Source: a virus | Lineage: Duplodnaviria; Caudoviricetes | Length of the DNA: 55,574 bases | Direction: 5' to 3' (one strand) | Virus record (IMG/VR): IMGVR_UViG_3300002053_000020 | Location: 1 to 55,574 of that record | In this document: in pieces, positions 20,601 through 26,879 of the stretch | Layout: the number at the start of each line of letters is the position of its first letter | Position numbering within the stretch: the stretch's first letter is position 1 | Translations under genes and position numbers: made by a program | The notes under the pieces: model-generated | Told to the model about the DNA's origin: nothing | Databases searched by the model: none | What the model saw: only the letters and a program-made list of their open reading frames with translations

Positions 20601-20683
20601 CAATGGAGAAGCAGTATCGGAAGGAAGCTGTTCAAGCCGCCCTCCGAAGCAACCTCCGCAACGTCATTGTTGGGAACGAGTAG
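11654..20683 (+). CDS. Giant (3009 aa) polyvalent internal virion protein with two zincin-like HExxH domains and a C-terminal LPD38-like domain
   Basis: HELYH...E (14150-14164); HELYGH...EE (17033-17050); LTVNFNMKG, FFNPAVQG and PIVELAMNENRFGAPI motifs; A/G-rich hydrophobic N-terminal part. Confidence 0.8.
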   Translation: MATSLYKTSNQAGSEVRRRGKGISTGEYKPGDFVQKVTGQEYVPGRIASEAIGEDYRPGVLADRALQEPLPSATRRRGITPPPSGEAPTTTSRYQTDAEELAAWKKSRGITDTPPAQDSSRPLEGDFFGDAAKDLAAGGVQLVKGVYEIGNLVSGGALDEAIKARTGSTGTENLAEGVQQIRESQSPALQAQRKELEDTKGFVDSFSTVLANPRLAGSMLVEMVPQLATVGLAARAAAVRTIEYALSRGLSMEAASAMATTNATRVAIGANAVMEGTAAGSDARQSILSMKQEELDKSPQYQKLLKELGDPGLARLKLANDASVVSTALAGSISALLGKVTGAGKLEAQVLGRVTDVSEKAVADAAKKGVVRRTGEGFLKEAAQESGEEGGSTFSSNVGAFASGARPEQDLLEGVPEAAGAAAAVGGVSGGFMGAIGGPKGKPGDTESKPGESGTTPPTPGKEFRPRTLAAVEMVSAVRDQGLMAYMYSVGDDATKAQLRAANPGLDLDQLSKDVDLVNAGKRIATQAPGFVGQVAAQLEGFDLEAATLEAAETKTAGGISGIIRASELAKTIAEERAQGITDEKIQQAETGETAVVAPRREPLSQEDQDIRIRGYERLVRNLSVYPENYRVTRAEQIIRDMTDQGYPPELISATVAPILEPTALDIGTQWEQNIPDGIEDPDLDALDAEMADVESQLGTNEVGLPPVPNEPAIVEGPTSAEADMAQMEAPVATDQTLEQPMSFDEVRAGMSRYDYGKTNDPENLDESLYVQTEVPPAFQAIAKAFGMKIYGVKYMGSNERTRNRQGLSLGRNTIVLNFAQAKRRNQLHILGHELYHELRRRNPEAALKLEQEVKAFLDSNKSREFRKKLSSVGYAPSDIDNEMTADIMGFLFTDKAFWEQVGQNNPSLLQRIIRVLDDLIARYNELGLREQMAKDMVADLDGLRTLLVKFVDQHKIEAAGNLEIAQSVDFDPDQNEALIKIRSLIRDGKTLEASKIFKEQGFFREYGLKFNEIVADEEAKAAQGDTRADAEVIAENEAYIKRQRKLWSEDPNITPPAQEEQEVQLRRPQEEIDAENAYAATQQIFDLLRREQVAQAAKVFRESNLAAFGENFVDLQKIIQDERTKRVSEAQFKTDEQKRLALTSKRRGYDKRVDKLMSGISKKIEEQIAQRKATAIAEAKEAKRRAADKKAAEIGGMEEERGILDNDVGGVFTQMAVAGMYGGEEAQIQAQAKLDAMQGERQVDERGQEQGYKTKSDMLVEEQAAIMSGRVRTLVYTADRNLAELAKIREEMAKEGYEPYLIEQTVAKAERQLRELRDAELADLVRAQLKDTAQQVDAMKVSKVEPEIYPALEGIQAELDLNDEQRTDARRLAEAMAGKDEIDEETGEVKKREKMTFAEAIRAIRENDIGLKHLYDQMRSLGMEIKKEYIDMSGNVSANHKLNDWVKKFPSSAMWARHAWFKSYEALPVKGMVQLTAGEKVSYDNWQKKMRELRTRRFEQEPGRGLSFMSLEQAFPNALFMNYTLNEMRNPDRMNPEDAVFIREISEDPVRSWMLDIKSAIQARPDLEPQLSQYLTADEMTAWKEFRAREFREAQRNIEMKMRSPVYSQLDSLRYLSPEVYMNYRKEIATAEEAQLAKILQNAFEVNELAREAIESGYDVGQTIGELMDERAQEDERASVSADVMDLEAKYDTDGNEIVPDESITFERIENSGAMPGMNINEALETAFAKWDVPPQYTVVQNLNQLPDDVRARLTQRFGATGFQGALDPKTGHIYILSDFHTNPEDAKFTMFHELYGHWGLRAFLGDKLDDFLNTQYRLNQKVRKATDALKAKADEMGQPMSQSEAIEEAIADMAAAGDTGAFHTLIGKLIRWLKAHGFENVAKWLDGSGDVELATVLQGARDAARNQGISPLAGAPMEVMYNRAKDQPVEAYAYRDGNITAYARMNPVTGRWTVFTINPGATSIIDGDYNITDADTLQVAHDILKQKGTVKVAKARETLAYIGPDQVVKIASPLQDNPSTWNRFKRWVVTGAQNQFLPIFEVASQLARAGKDITVIDDLIKYEARTGYFIQDYQRRILNPIMKSLRKLGEMDLSIEDVDLYLMARHAEERNDMIKAVTSGKNKKGSGMTSAEAKAALKKFEANPEALAELRKIAALTDQLSKDKLAYMLQNGMITKFQFESLRNGYKHYVNLSGNKETDLDKYDGSQLGGRAFNVRGSDVIRSTGRGTQAVDVLENTLNAYVATLIRGQKNRVLNAILSMFEQNPDKTYVEVNPIDTMKRIDVDRFNFDNKVLAALGTDKPTQQAGRNFLVGLKQMMERGEISSDDALAAVVERIRLAEERRDLQPDEAARAIRNLNEEVVFESRLNPDGYVTTVETQARNPQSVTVKVNGRSVEMVFNNRSGDFFQAITGMNVQKSSAMFEALGAWSRFFSQMVTTWNPAWIPINMLRDIQTAIANMAADPEVGAVLAGKMLKEYRKSTALAFRYMVKDYAGAKDGRFRDWLDRITTKYPLSYEDAKLIEEFYQDGGATFFLDRDNIDLSLEKLNRAMKKDTGTVAWTKDKLDSFAATMDLLSMPTEIAPRLAVYKALREAGKSREFAARYAKELTVNFNMKGSSRELRAAYVFFNPAVQGTVRLFKDFQAGNYGRFASVAGFWMGMGYLATLAARAFGDDDEEERPGVDSIDMIAPYKRNTTLTWLPGVTGGSIPIAYGWNVFAAAGSYMYDVITGRMPAGHAAMETMKAAFDAFSPIGSGAESKTVSGTILKTITPSAVVPIVELAMNENRFGAPIFKEQSPYSNVEEANAYMHFNSVNPMSKWAMQRLAEVGAGGKNARYSPGLLDVNPGAVDHMINSYLPGVFSEVYKATGLAITKAQGYEVSREQPVPLLGRFKAEVQEDKFDQAADRRLRAKIDTLWKAWEAPDTTDAERDQMIKDYPDFPSIKGLIQGHENQIKSMRQTLSAFERDPKMSDEAKVDFRNHVNAMEKQYRKEAVQAALRSNLRNVIVGNE

Positions 20684-21029
20684 GCATAAGTATCATTAGC
20701 CTACCAAGCAAGTCGAGAAGGGGACGGGTTGGAACCATGCAGTTCCGGTTCAACTCGATCCCCTGATCCTCCGCATCCTCAGCTTGTCGCAGTATAGTCT
20801 CAGCCTTCATTTCTTTAAGGCATCTGCGAATCGCGTCGAAATGTAATCTAGGATTAGAGCTAGTCTTACGCTGCATCGTTGAATAATACTCAACGAGCGC
20901 GATTGATTCTGCGTATGCGACTTGTAACTCTGGAACGGACATGTTTGCCGCTTCCTCCAGAGCGACACGAAATGCTTTTTCACCTTGATCCCCCGCCTCT
21001 TGTATAAACTCTATATCAACTAATTGCAT
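20664..21029 (-). CDS. Hypothetical protein
   Basis: Last gene of the leftward block; coupled to the MazG-like gene. Confidence 0.6.
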   Translation of the reverse strand: MQLVDIEFIQEAGDQGEKAFRVALEEAANMSVPELQVAYAESIALVEYYSTMQRKTSSNPRLHFDAIRRCLKEMKAETILRQAEDAEDQGIELNRNCMVPTRPLLDLLGRLMILMPTRSQQ

Positions 21030-21340
21030 TATTCTTCCTTAATGAAGACACCCTCCTTGGTGAGATATCCCTTGCGGTCTTTTATCTCTTGGTAAGAAGA
21101 CTCCAAGCATTGCACGATATCAAGATCCAAGATAGCTGCCATGTTGATAAGACATACCAGCACATCGCCAATAGAGTCGATCGTTAATTCTCGGTCGCCC
21201 TTGTTCACACCATCTGCCAACTCCCCCATCTCCGATACTGCCTTGAGTAGTTGAGTCTTAGCGTCAGAGTTTTGAATGATGCCGCGAGCCTCCGCCCAAC
21301 GGATCACATCCATCTGCACTATTTCATACGACCGCTTCAC
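21029..21340 (-). CDS. mazG: MazG-like nucleotide pyrophosphohydrolase
   Basis: QLLKAVSEMGELA...DSIGDVLV...YQEIKDRKG all-alpha NTP-PPase signature. Confidence 0.85.
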   Translation of the reverse strand: MKRSYEIVQMDVIRWAEARGIIQNSDAKTQLLKAVSEMGELADGVNKGDRELTIDSIGDVLVCLINMAAILDLDIVQCLESSYQEIKDRKGYLTKEGVFIKEE

Positions 21341-21780
21341 TGTTGCGTCTCCTGTATTTTCAGATGATGATACAAGCCATCTACTTGATCATAAGCGTCA
21401 CCATTTTTCGATGGTGAAACAATTTGCTCTTTTTCTTTCAGTAGCGACTTTGGAATGTGCTGCGCGAAAGGATCTTTGAACTCAGGGTTTGGCATCTCCG
21501 CCCTTGGGAAAACGTCGCCCCAGATATTTACGCGGTTCGCATGGTTCTTCAGGTTGTTTGCCTCAGTGAATTCAACCAGACGATTGAGATACCACTGTGA
21601 TTTTTGGCACGACTCAAGCCCGGCCTTCAGACGTTCCCGCCAAATGTACTTAATGATGTTGCCCTTCAGGTATCCTCGATATTCTTCCGGCGTTAGAGCA
21701 GACTCGATTGCTTGGATGCACTCGATGCCGCCTTGCCGGTAGTGTTCTGGACTGTTGACGTTGTCAGGTTTTGAAACCAT
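21337..21780 (-). CDS. DUF3310 (SaV-like / T7 gp1.7-like) protein
   Basis: DNVNSPEHY..GGIECIQAI...GNIIKYIWR...K.QWYL. Confidence 0.85.
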   Translation of the reverse strand: MVSKPDNVNSPEHYRQGGIECIQAIESALTPEEYRGYLKGNIIKYIWRERLKAGLESCQKSQWYLNRLVEFTEANNLKNHANRVNIWGDVFPRAEMPNPEFKDPFAQHIPKSLLKEKEQIVSPSKNGDAYDQVDGLYHHLKIQETQQ

Positions 21781-22001
21781 TTTGGCCTCTCCATAGTTTT
21801 TGGGTTGTCGCCACGCTTGAATGACTCTACATACATGGCTACTTCTCTTGCAGCAGTATCTCCGATCTCCATTCGCCAGCGTTTGTAAAGAATCTTACGA
21901 TCCTTTGCATTGAGTTTTACTGCTTCCTCGAAGCGTTGTTGAAACTTCAGCCTCGATTCCGCTAGTTGCTGGTTGATCACATCGTAGTTCAGTTGGTTCA
22001 C
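21693..22001 (-). CDS. Hypothetical protein
   Basis: ORF in a dense leftward operon; overlaps the DUF3310 gene. Confidence 0.5.
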   Translation of the reverse strand: MNQLNYDVINQQLAESRLKFQQRFEEAVKLNAKDRKILYKRWRMEIGDTAAREVAMYVESFKRGDNPKTMERPKWFQNLTTSTVQNTTGKAASSASKQSSLL

Positions 22002-22083
22002 CTTTGATTTTCTCCACTGTCCAGTTGGCCCCCATCCACCCCAAGGCAGAGAAGAACCCCCACGCGATCATATCAAGAATCAT
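21895..22083 (-). CDS. Small membrane protein (MILDMIAWGFFSALGW...)
   Basis: SD GGAG upstream; hydrophobic N-terminus. Confidence 0.45.
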   Translation of the reverse strand: MILDMIAWGFFSALGWMGANWTVEKIKGEPTELRCDQPATSGIEAEVSTTLRGSSKTQCKGS

Positions 22084-22279
22084 TCGGATCTCCAAGTACA
22101 AGTTCTTTCCAAGATCCGCGCACGATAACCTCATCATCAAAAAAACCGAACCAATCCCAAGGATACCTGTATACATATACAGTATCCTTGCGCATCATAA
22201 AAACTGGATTGGCTCGATCTTGCACATTAACAAAGTCGATATCTTCTGTTATGTATTTTTTGATAAGCTTCATTAGCAA
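22073..22279 (-). CDS. Hypothetical protein
   Basis: Fits the operon tiling. Confidence 0.5.
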   Translation of the reverse strand: MLMKLIKKYITEDIDFVNVQDRANPVFMMRKDTVYVYRYPWDWFGFFDDEVIVRGSWKELVLGDPNDS

Positions 22280-22476
22280 CCAATCTTATCGTACTCAAGG
22301 TCTTCGATGCGTTGCCTGAGTTCATCGATAATCTTATCGCGTTCTGCCAACTTCTGCACAAGGGAGTGTGCCAATGATATCAACGTGGCAACCTCCCTTT
22401 CAGATTTATCAAAGTCCCTAAGCCACTCGAACTTGCGATCCATCTCCTCTACTAATCGGTCTAATTGTGGTGTCAT
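22273..22476 (-). CDS. Hypothetical coiled-coil protein
   Basis: ATGA-coupled ORF. Confidence 0.55.
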   Translation of the reverse strand: MTPQLDRLVEEMDRKFEWLRDFDKSEREVATLISLAHSLVQKLAERDKIIDELRQRIEDLEYDKIGC

Positions 22477-22946
22477 AAGCTGAACCCATCCTGCAATCTA
22501 AACGGCCTACGGAAGTTGTTTTCTGATCTAATAGGAGGTGGAACAGTTACGCCACCACCCACGACAAGCTCAGTCTCGATCTCACGAACAAACTCATCTA
22601 AGTTGATGTTGTATCGTTTCTTTTTTGCGCCCTGCTCTGCGATTCTAAAGAACTCTCGCTGATCAAGAACCATGCCGGTAAATCTTGTGGTGCGAATGTC
22701 GTTATCGAAGTGAGTCTCAATCTGCCACAGAGAATCATCATCCACGATTCTCTTAAGCAAGGGGGCAAGGGCGCTTCGACGAAGGTTCTTCATAATTCGC
22801 TCGCTATTCTCAGTGCCCATATCCATCATGTGGGCACTGAACGTAGCTTTGCATTCTTTGCTGGAGGCGTCCCACATTCGACGAGCATCAAGATCATCTT
22901 CTATTAGATCTTCCTCCAGAATATCGTTGTCTAGTCCTCGGTTCAT
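22473..22946 (-). CDS. Hypothetical protein
   Basis: ATGA-coupled ORF with SD. Confidence 0.6.
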   Translation of the reverse strand: MNRGLDNDILEEDLIEDDLDARRMWDASSKECKATFSAHMMDMGTENSERIMKNLRRSALAPLLKRIVDDDSLWQIETHFDNDIRTTRFTGMVLDQREFFRIAEQGAKKKRYNINLDEFVREIETELVVGGGVTVPPPIRSENNFRRPFRLQDGFSL

Positions 22947-23293
22947 TCTATCTCTCCACTGTTCCCAAACACTCCACGAACAAAATCCATCTCGTCCGCT
23001 GTGTATGTGTAGTCTTCTTCATAATCATCATCAGTCATCAACCTAGCTGGCTTCTTGCTGCCGCCTTGAATCTTAGGTTGTGGCTTCCCTTTTTGCTCAG
23101 ACTTTTTCTTTTGCTTTGGCGGCGAAGGTTCCCTCGGGCCAGCAAACGGAATGTCAATGTCATCTAGCATCTCGATGGTTGCATGACGAGCCCCGCACTT
23201 AGGGCACTTCCGCTTGCGCCTGAGGTCTCCGTTCTCCGTCAAGCGAGAGTCATAGACCTGAGTCTTTGTCCCACACTTGAGGCAGTTCTGCAT
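22943..23293 (-). CDS. NrdR-like N-terminal zinc-ribbon protein without ATP cone
   Basis: MQNCLKCG...VYDSR...RRKRKCPKCGARHATIE, followed by a basic and then acidic disordered tail. Confidence 0.75.
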   Translation of the reverse strand: MQNCLKCGTKTQVYDSRLTENGDLRRKRKCPKCGARHATIEMLDDIDIPFAGPREPSPPKQKKKSEQKGKPQPKIQGGSKKPARLMTDDDYEEDYTYTADEMDFVRGVFGNSGEIE

Positions 23294-23294
23294 A

Positions 23295-23576
23295 TCACTG
23301 AAGCGTTGCCGCTTGGATGTGACCTCCCAAGTCTGCGTACACAACCTTGAACAGGTCGGCCAGTTGAAGGCTAGCCTCTTCCAGATTCTCGTCGCCCAGA
23401 TCGCACATCCGCGCAGCGATTGCAGATGATATTGCATAGGCACGAAGCTGGGTGCCAAGCATTACATCGGGGTTCTTGTGAGCGTAATCAACAACCAACT
23501 GAACAATCGTGTTGCAATGTTGAAATTGCTCAGGGGTATTCATTACCTTGTCAACGTCTTGAATTTGGGTATCCAT
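23295..23576 (-). CDS. Hypothetical protein
   Basis: SD GGAGG; coupled to the HTH gene. Confidence 0.6.
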   Translation of the reverse strand: MDTQIQDVDKVMNTPEQFQHCNTIVQLVVDYAHKNPDVMLGTQLRAYAISSAIAARMCDLGDENLEEASLQLADLFKVVYADLGGHIQAATLQ

Positions 23577-23767
23577 TATTCCGCCTCCGATGTCATGGTT
23601 CTGTACTGCTCTCTCAAGTACGAATCAATATCATCGCGCTTGAACCTATAAGCCCGACCGATTTTTGCGGCTGGGATCTTTCCCTCTCTTGCGAGCTTGC
23701 GGATTGTGAACGGTGTCAGCCCGACGTACTGAGACACCGCATCAACATCCATCAGTTTTGATTCCAT
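23576..23767 (-). CDS. Excisionase-like (HTH_17 / MerR-type) DNA-binding protein
   Basis: LMDVDAVSQYVGL...TIRKLAREGKIPAAKIGRAYRF..DDID. Confidence 0.85.
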   Translation of the reverse strand: MESKLMDVDAVSQYVGLTPFTIRKLAREGKIPAAKIGRAYRFKRDDIDSYLREQYRTMTSEAE

Positions 23768-24117
23768 TTGATCTCCTGTCCGTACTTGACCAGAAATTCT
23801 GTAGTCAATTCAATCTTACGCGAGTCATACATTTGCTGCTTGTTGGAGTTCAGCATCTCCGTACTGCTCATTGGAGGGGCATCGTACATGCAATACCATG
23901 TGCCCCTACCAGTTGTCTCCATCACCGCTACCGTCCGACCCGATGGCAGCAGCAGAATCTTTCCCGACAGATCTCCACTGTTCGCAGAAGTTTGCGACTT
24001 CACAGTATTCTGCGCAGCGGCGATAGACCCCTTTCCTTTCTTCGACGAAGTATCCATCAGCGAGTCCTTGTTCTGCATCCTCTCTCCTTTCGTATATCTT
24101 GATGGCTCGCTTGCCAC
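23752..24117 (-). CDS. Hypothetical protein (true start probably internal; overlaps the exonuclease)
   Basis: Fills the gap between the exonuclease and the HTH gene. Confidence 0.4.
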   Translation of the reverse strand: MASEPSRYTKGERMQNKDSLMDTSSKKGKGSIAAAQNTVKSQTSANSGDLSGKILLLPSGRTVAVMETTGRGTWYCMYDAPPMSSTEMLNSNKQQMYDSRKIELTTEFLVKYGQEIKWNQN

Positions 24118-24799
24118 CTTGCTTCATAACTGCGAAGCTGTCGCCCGTGTACCAAGTTTCTTCTGGCGTACACATCATTGGAATGTCGCCATTCTCTGTG
24201 TTCTTGTGCAGCCATATCCTGTTCCTGATGTACTCGTAAGTCTCACCAAGATCCCACACAGGAATATTAATCACATGCACTGGCATCGGCGGGTACCCGG
24301 GCTTGCGCAGCACATCAGCCTTGCGGTAGTCACGAAGGATGGCAACGATGCGCAGCTTGTCAACCTTGTATCCGTTCTTTATTGCTAGCCAACGCAGACA
24401 GTTTAGTTGCCGCTCCCACTCGATGTGACTATCCATCATCACCTTGTACGAACTGGTGACTTTGTAATCATCGAGGGTGTTGTTGTGTAGGTCGCAGCGA
24501 TCGAACTGACCTGATAGTTTCCATCCGTCAACGTCAGCGTACAGTCGATCCTCGGCAATTACATTCTCGCCTTGGTCTGCACGTTCTAGGATGGTGTGTA
24601 CCGCCTGACCCAGCAATGACCAGATGCGCTCGGTTACATCCTCAACGATTGCATTGGCATGGCGCTTACGCAGCACACGCAACTGAGGTGAATCGATCAG
24701 CTTGGTTACGCTGATGTCGCTATTGCCAGCAGAGTAAGGATCATTCTTTACTGCGTTGACAATAGCTTCGGGTAGATTGTGTAGGTTTGTAATGTTCAC
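23906..24799 (-). CDS. PD-(D/E)XK exonuclease, Cas4/RecB-like
   Basis: GQAVH, E-x-R-L, SGQFD, DYKVT and QLN motifs; C-terminal CAEYCEVANFC cysteine cluster. Confidence 0.8.
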   Translation of the reverse strand: MNITNLHNLPEAIVNAVKNDPYSAGNSDISVTKLIDSPQLRVLRKRHANAIVEDVTERIWSLLGQAVHTILERADQGENVIAEDRLYADVDGWKLSGQFDRCDLHNNTLDDYKVTSSYKVMMDSHIEWERQLNCLRWLAIKNGYKVDKLRIVAILRDYRKADVLRKPGYPPMPVHVINIPVWDLGETYEYIRNRIWLHKNTENGDIPMMCTPEETWYTGDSFAVMKQGGKRAIKIYERREDAEQGLADGYFVEERKGVYRRCAEYCEVANFCEQWRSVGKDSAAAIGSDGSGDGDNW

Positions 24800-25089
24800 A
24801 GGAGTGTCTTTGCGTTGTAAAGTTCTTCTGCGAGCAAGTATCCCTCAAGAGGCCATAGCTTGTCAACAGCATCTTTATAAGCAATCTGTTCGCCCATAGC
24901 TTGATTGAAGTTCTTTGGATCTACGCATGCGCTTTGACCCCATACCTTGTAGCCATTCTTCATGTGAAGGCAACAGAATGTTGTTCTTCCATCACCCATG
25001 TCATGATAGGTAGTCTTTTCTACTTTGGCAAGCATGTCTGTTAGGTTAACTTTGTTGCGCTGCTTTATTTCATTCCTGTCAATCAGCAT
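24796..25089 (-). CDS. N4 gp49 / Sf6 gp66 family protein
   Basis: TFCCL..KNGY.V.G.SACVDP.NF....G..IA...A..KLWPLEGYLL. Confidence 0.85.
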   Translation of the reverse strand: MLIDRNEIKQRNKVNLTDMLAKVEKTTYHDMGDGRTTFCCLHMKNGYKVWGQSACVDPKNFNQAMGEQIAYKDAVDKLWPLEGYLLAEELYNAKTLL

Positions 25090-25107
25090 ACAGTCTCCAT
25101 ATGTAAG

Positions 25108-25194
25108 TGGTGGAGGGGGCAGGATTCGAACCTGCACGGAACTAGCCGACCACGGAGTTACAGTCCGGTGCCCTTCCTACGAGGCGTCCCCTCC
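25108..25194 (-). tRNA. tRNA-Tyr(GTA), type II, CCA encoded
   Basis: GGAGGGG/CCCCTCC acceptor stem, A73-CCA; anticodon loop CT-GTA-AC; long variable arm; GCAGG-TTCGAAT-CCTGC T arm. Confidence 0.9.
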
Positions 25195-25445
25195 ATTGCA
25201 GTCTCTCCTGCTGTCACGCCGAAGCACATTACCCTGACGTTACGGGCTGTGACTAGGGTTGCCCCTAGTAGGAAGTCTTACCCCTCCCACTTAACAACGT
25301 GATGGGCTTGATGTTTTGCAGTCGGGCCGACTTGTCCGTATTCTTTCAACGGTGAGCCGATAGCTGTTACTCGTTACCCATCTCCACGGGCGGTCGGGAA
25401 GGCTCCATGTGCTATGGGATGAGCCCCCGCCCGAGGTAAGCAAAC
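25195..25445 (-). ncRNA. Putative structured non-coding RNA immediately 5' of tRNA-Tyr
   Basis: No credible ORF; several stems: CGGGCGG/CCGCCCG, GGCTC/GAGCC, CTAGGG-GCAA-CCCTAG, GTCAC/GTGAC, GCAG-GAGAGA-CTGC. Confidence 0.6.
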
Positions 25446-25449
25446 AAGA

Positions 25450-25812
25450 CTAGAATAGCAGTCTCATTGCAGCATCTTTCTGTTTCTTTGTCGGCGGTTT
25501 GCCAGACTTTTGCCTCAGTTTGTATCTTCGGTGAATCTCATCCCTAGACATTGGCTTGCGCGGCGCATCTTCTCCCTGCCCCCATGCGTATGCTGGTGTG
25601 CAGTTGCGCCCCTTAGCGTCGGGAGCCCAATCAACTATCCGTACAACTTTCTTTGCACGGAAGATCTTCATCATTCTCTGTGCCGTGTAGTGACTACAGT
25701 TAGCCAACTCACCAAGCTGGAAACAGGTGATGCCTTTGTCGCCAGCCCGGTGAAGGTGGAGAACAATGTCACAAAACTTGGCAACATTGATCTTCGTGCT
25801 ATCCATTACCAA
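25450..25812 (-). CDS. Winged-HTH-like DNA-binding protein
   Basis: GITCFQLGELANCSHYTAQRMM...VRIVDW...PAYAWG pattern; basic tail. Confidence 0.6.
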   Translation of the reverse strand: MVMDSTKINVAKFCDIVLHLHRAGDKGITCFQLGELANCSHYTAQRMMKIFRAKKVVRIVDWAPDAKGRNCTPAYAWGQGEDAPRKPMSRDEIHRRYKLRQKSGKPPTKKQKDAAMRLLF

Positions 25813-26045
25813 TCAACGAGATCGTCGTCCTGTTGACGCGCTGCATGCTGGGCACCACCCGCGCCATTGTCAGCCTCAAGATTACCCGACAGATATTGCA
25901 TGCCGTTCTTAGAGGTTCGAGGCCACAGACCACCCTTCCACTTGGTGCCATCTGCAAACTCGATGACAACATTGTGTGACGGTGCCTTGGGGTTGTCGCT
26001 AGCCTTCATGTTCTTGAAGATTGCGATGTTGTTGTACTGAGGCAT
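25806..26045 (-). CDS. Small ssDNA-binding-like protein
   Basis: IFKN...KAP...GLW...SKNG.QYLSG with an acidic C-terminal tip (DDDLVDW); next to ERF. Confidence 0.6.
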   Translation of the reverse strand: MPQYNNIAIFKNMKASDNPKAPSHNVVIEFADGTKWKGGLWPRTSKNGMQYLSGNLEADNGAGGAQHAARQQDDDLVDW

Positions 26046-26048
26046 AGA

Positions 26049-26690
26049 TTATCCCTTCTCTGAAATTTTGGTTTGTAGTTTCTTGGCGATACCTGCGAAC
26101 TTACTGCGAGGAATCTCTTCCCATGTCAGAACTTTCATGGCGTTGAGAATTGTATTCTCATCTACGCTAGCTTGCTCGACCATAACTTTTAGGATTCTGA
26201 TATCCTCTTCGGTTAGCTTCGCGTCTACTTCCACTTCCGCGAACTTCTCAACCTTGGCAAGCGTGTGTGTTTCCTTGTCTGGGTCTTCGTCGATCGGGAT
26301 TGCAAACAATTGGAAAGCCATATACTTGTACGCAATAGACAGTGCCTTGTTGGTCGCCTTATCGCCGGAGTCCATAGCCTCACCCGGAACTACGCAGACA
26401 ACCTCGCTGCCATCTAGCACGGAGCGAACGGTGTACGACATAGTCAGGGTGACGTAGAACAGTGGGTTGCCCCGGCTGTTGACGCGCTCTGATACATCAC
26501 GGCTTAACATCTGTGGAATAATGACGAGGCCAGCTTCGGTCAGGTGGTGCGACATACGGTTGAGAACATCATCGATGCCGCGGAACTTGAAACCTTGTGA
26601 CTCGTTCTTACTATTCTTTGCGATGCCCTTCTCTGCGAAGGATTGCATCACTTGTTGGATACCCTTCAATACTTCTGGTGTTGTGTTCAC
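26049..26690 (-). CDS. erf: ERF-family ssDNA annealing protein
   Basis: KN..QGFKFRGIDDV and GEAMDSGDKATNKALSIAYKY...F.IP...DPD; GTG start with SD AGGAGG. Confidence 0.85.
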   Translation of the reverse strand: MNTTPEVLKGIQQVMQSFAEKGIAKNSKNESQGFKFRGIDDVLNRMSHHLTEAGLVIIPQMLSRDVSERVNSRGNPLFYVTLTMSYTVRSVLDGSEVVCVVPGEAMDSGDKATNKALSIAYKYMAFQLFAIPIDEDPDKETHTLAKVEKFAEVEVDAKLTEEDIRILKVMVEQASVDENTILNAMKVLTWEEIPRSKFAGIAKKLQTKISEKG

Positions 26691-26879
26691 ATAGCCTCCT
26701 GTTGAACGGAACTGCATTGTGCCATAGATCTAGTCTGGCGTGTCAAGATATCTTCATTGTATTTTTTAATCGATGTACGATAATTGATAGTTGCCATAAA
26801 GATATTGTCCGAAGTTTGTATATGTTTATCGGACAGAGACCGGTTGCAAGTTTTCAAAACTAGGTGTAGCATCCGTCGT

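Noticed and set aside
11654-20683. Virion RNA polymerase (N4-like) or DarB helicase/methylase in the giant ORF
   Set aside because: I could not find T7-type polymerase motifs, SF2 helicase motifs or methyltransferase motifs by eye.
23576-23767. Evidence of a temperate prophage from the excisionase-like gene
   Set aside because: No integrase, att site, repressor or host flanking genes seen in the window.
26716-26746. Leftward sigma70 promoter for the ERF operon (TTGACA...CACAAT)
   Set aside because: The spacer is 19 bp and the -10 is weak. Plausible as an extended -10 promoter but not supported well enough to list.
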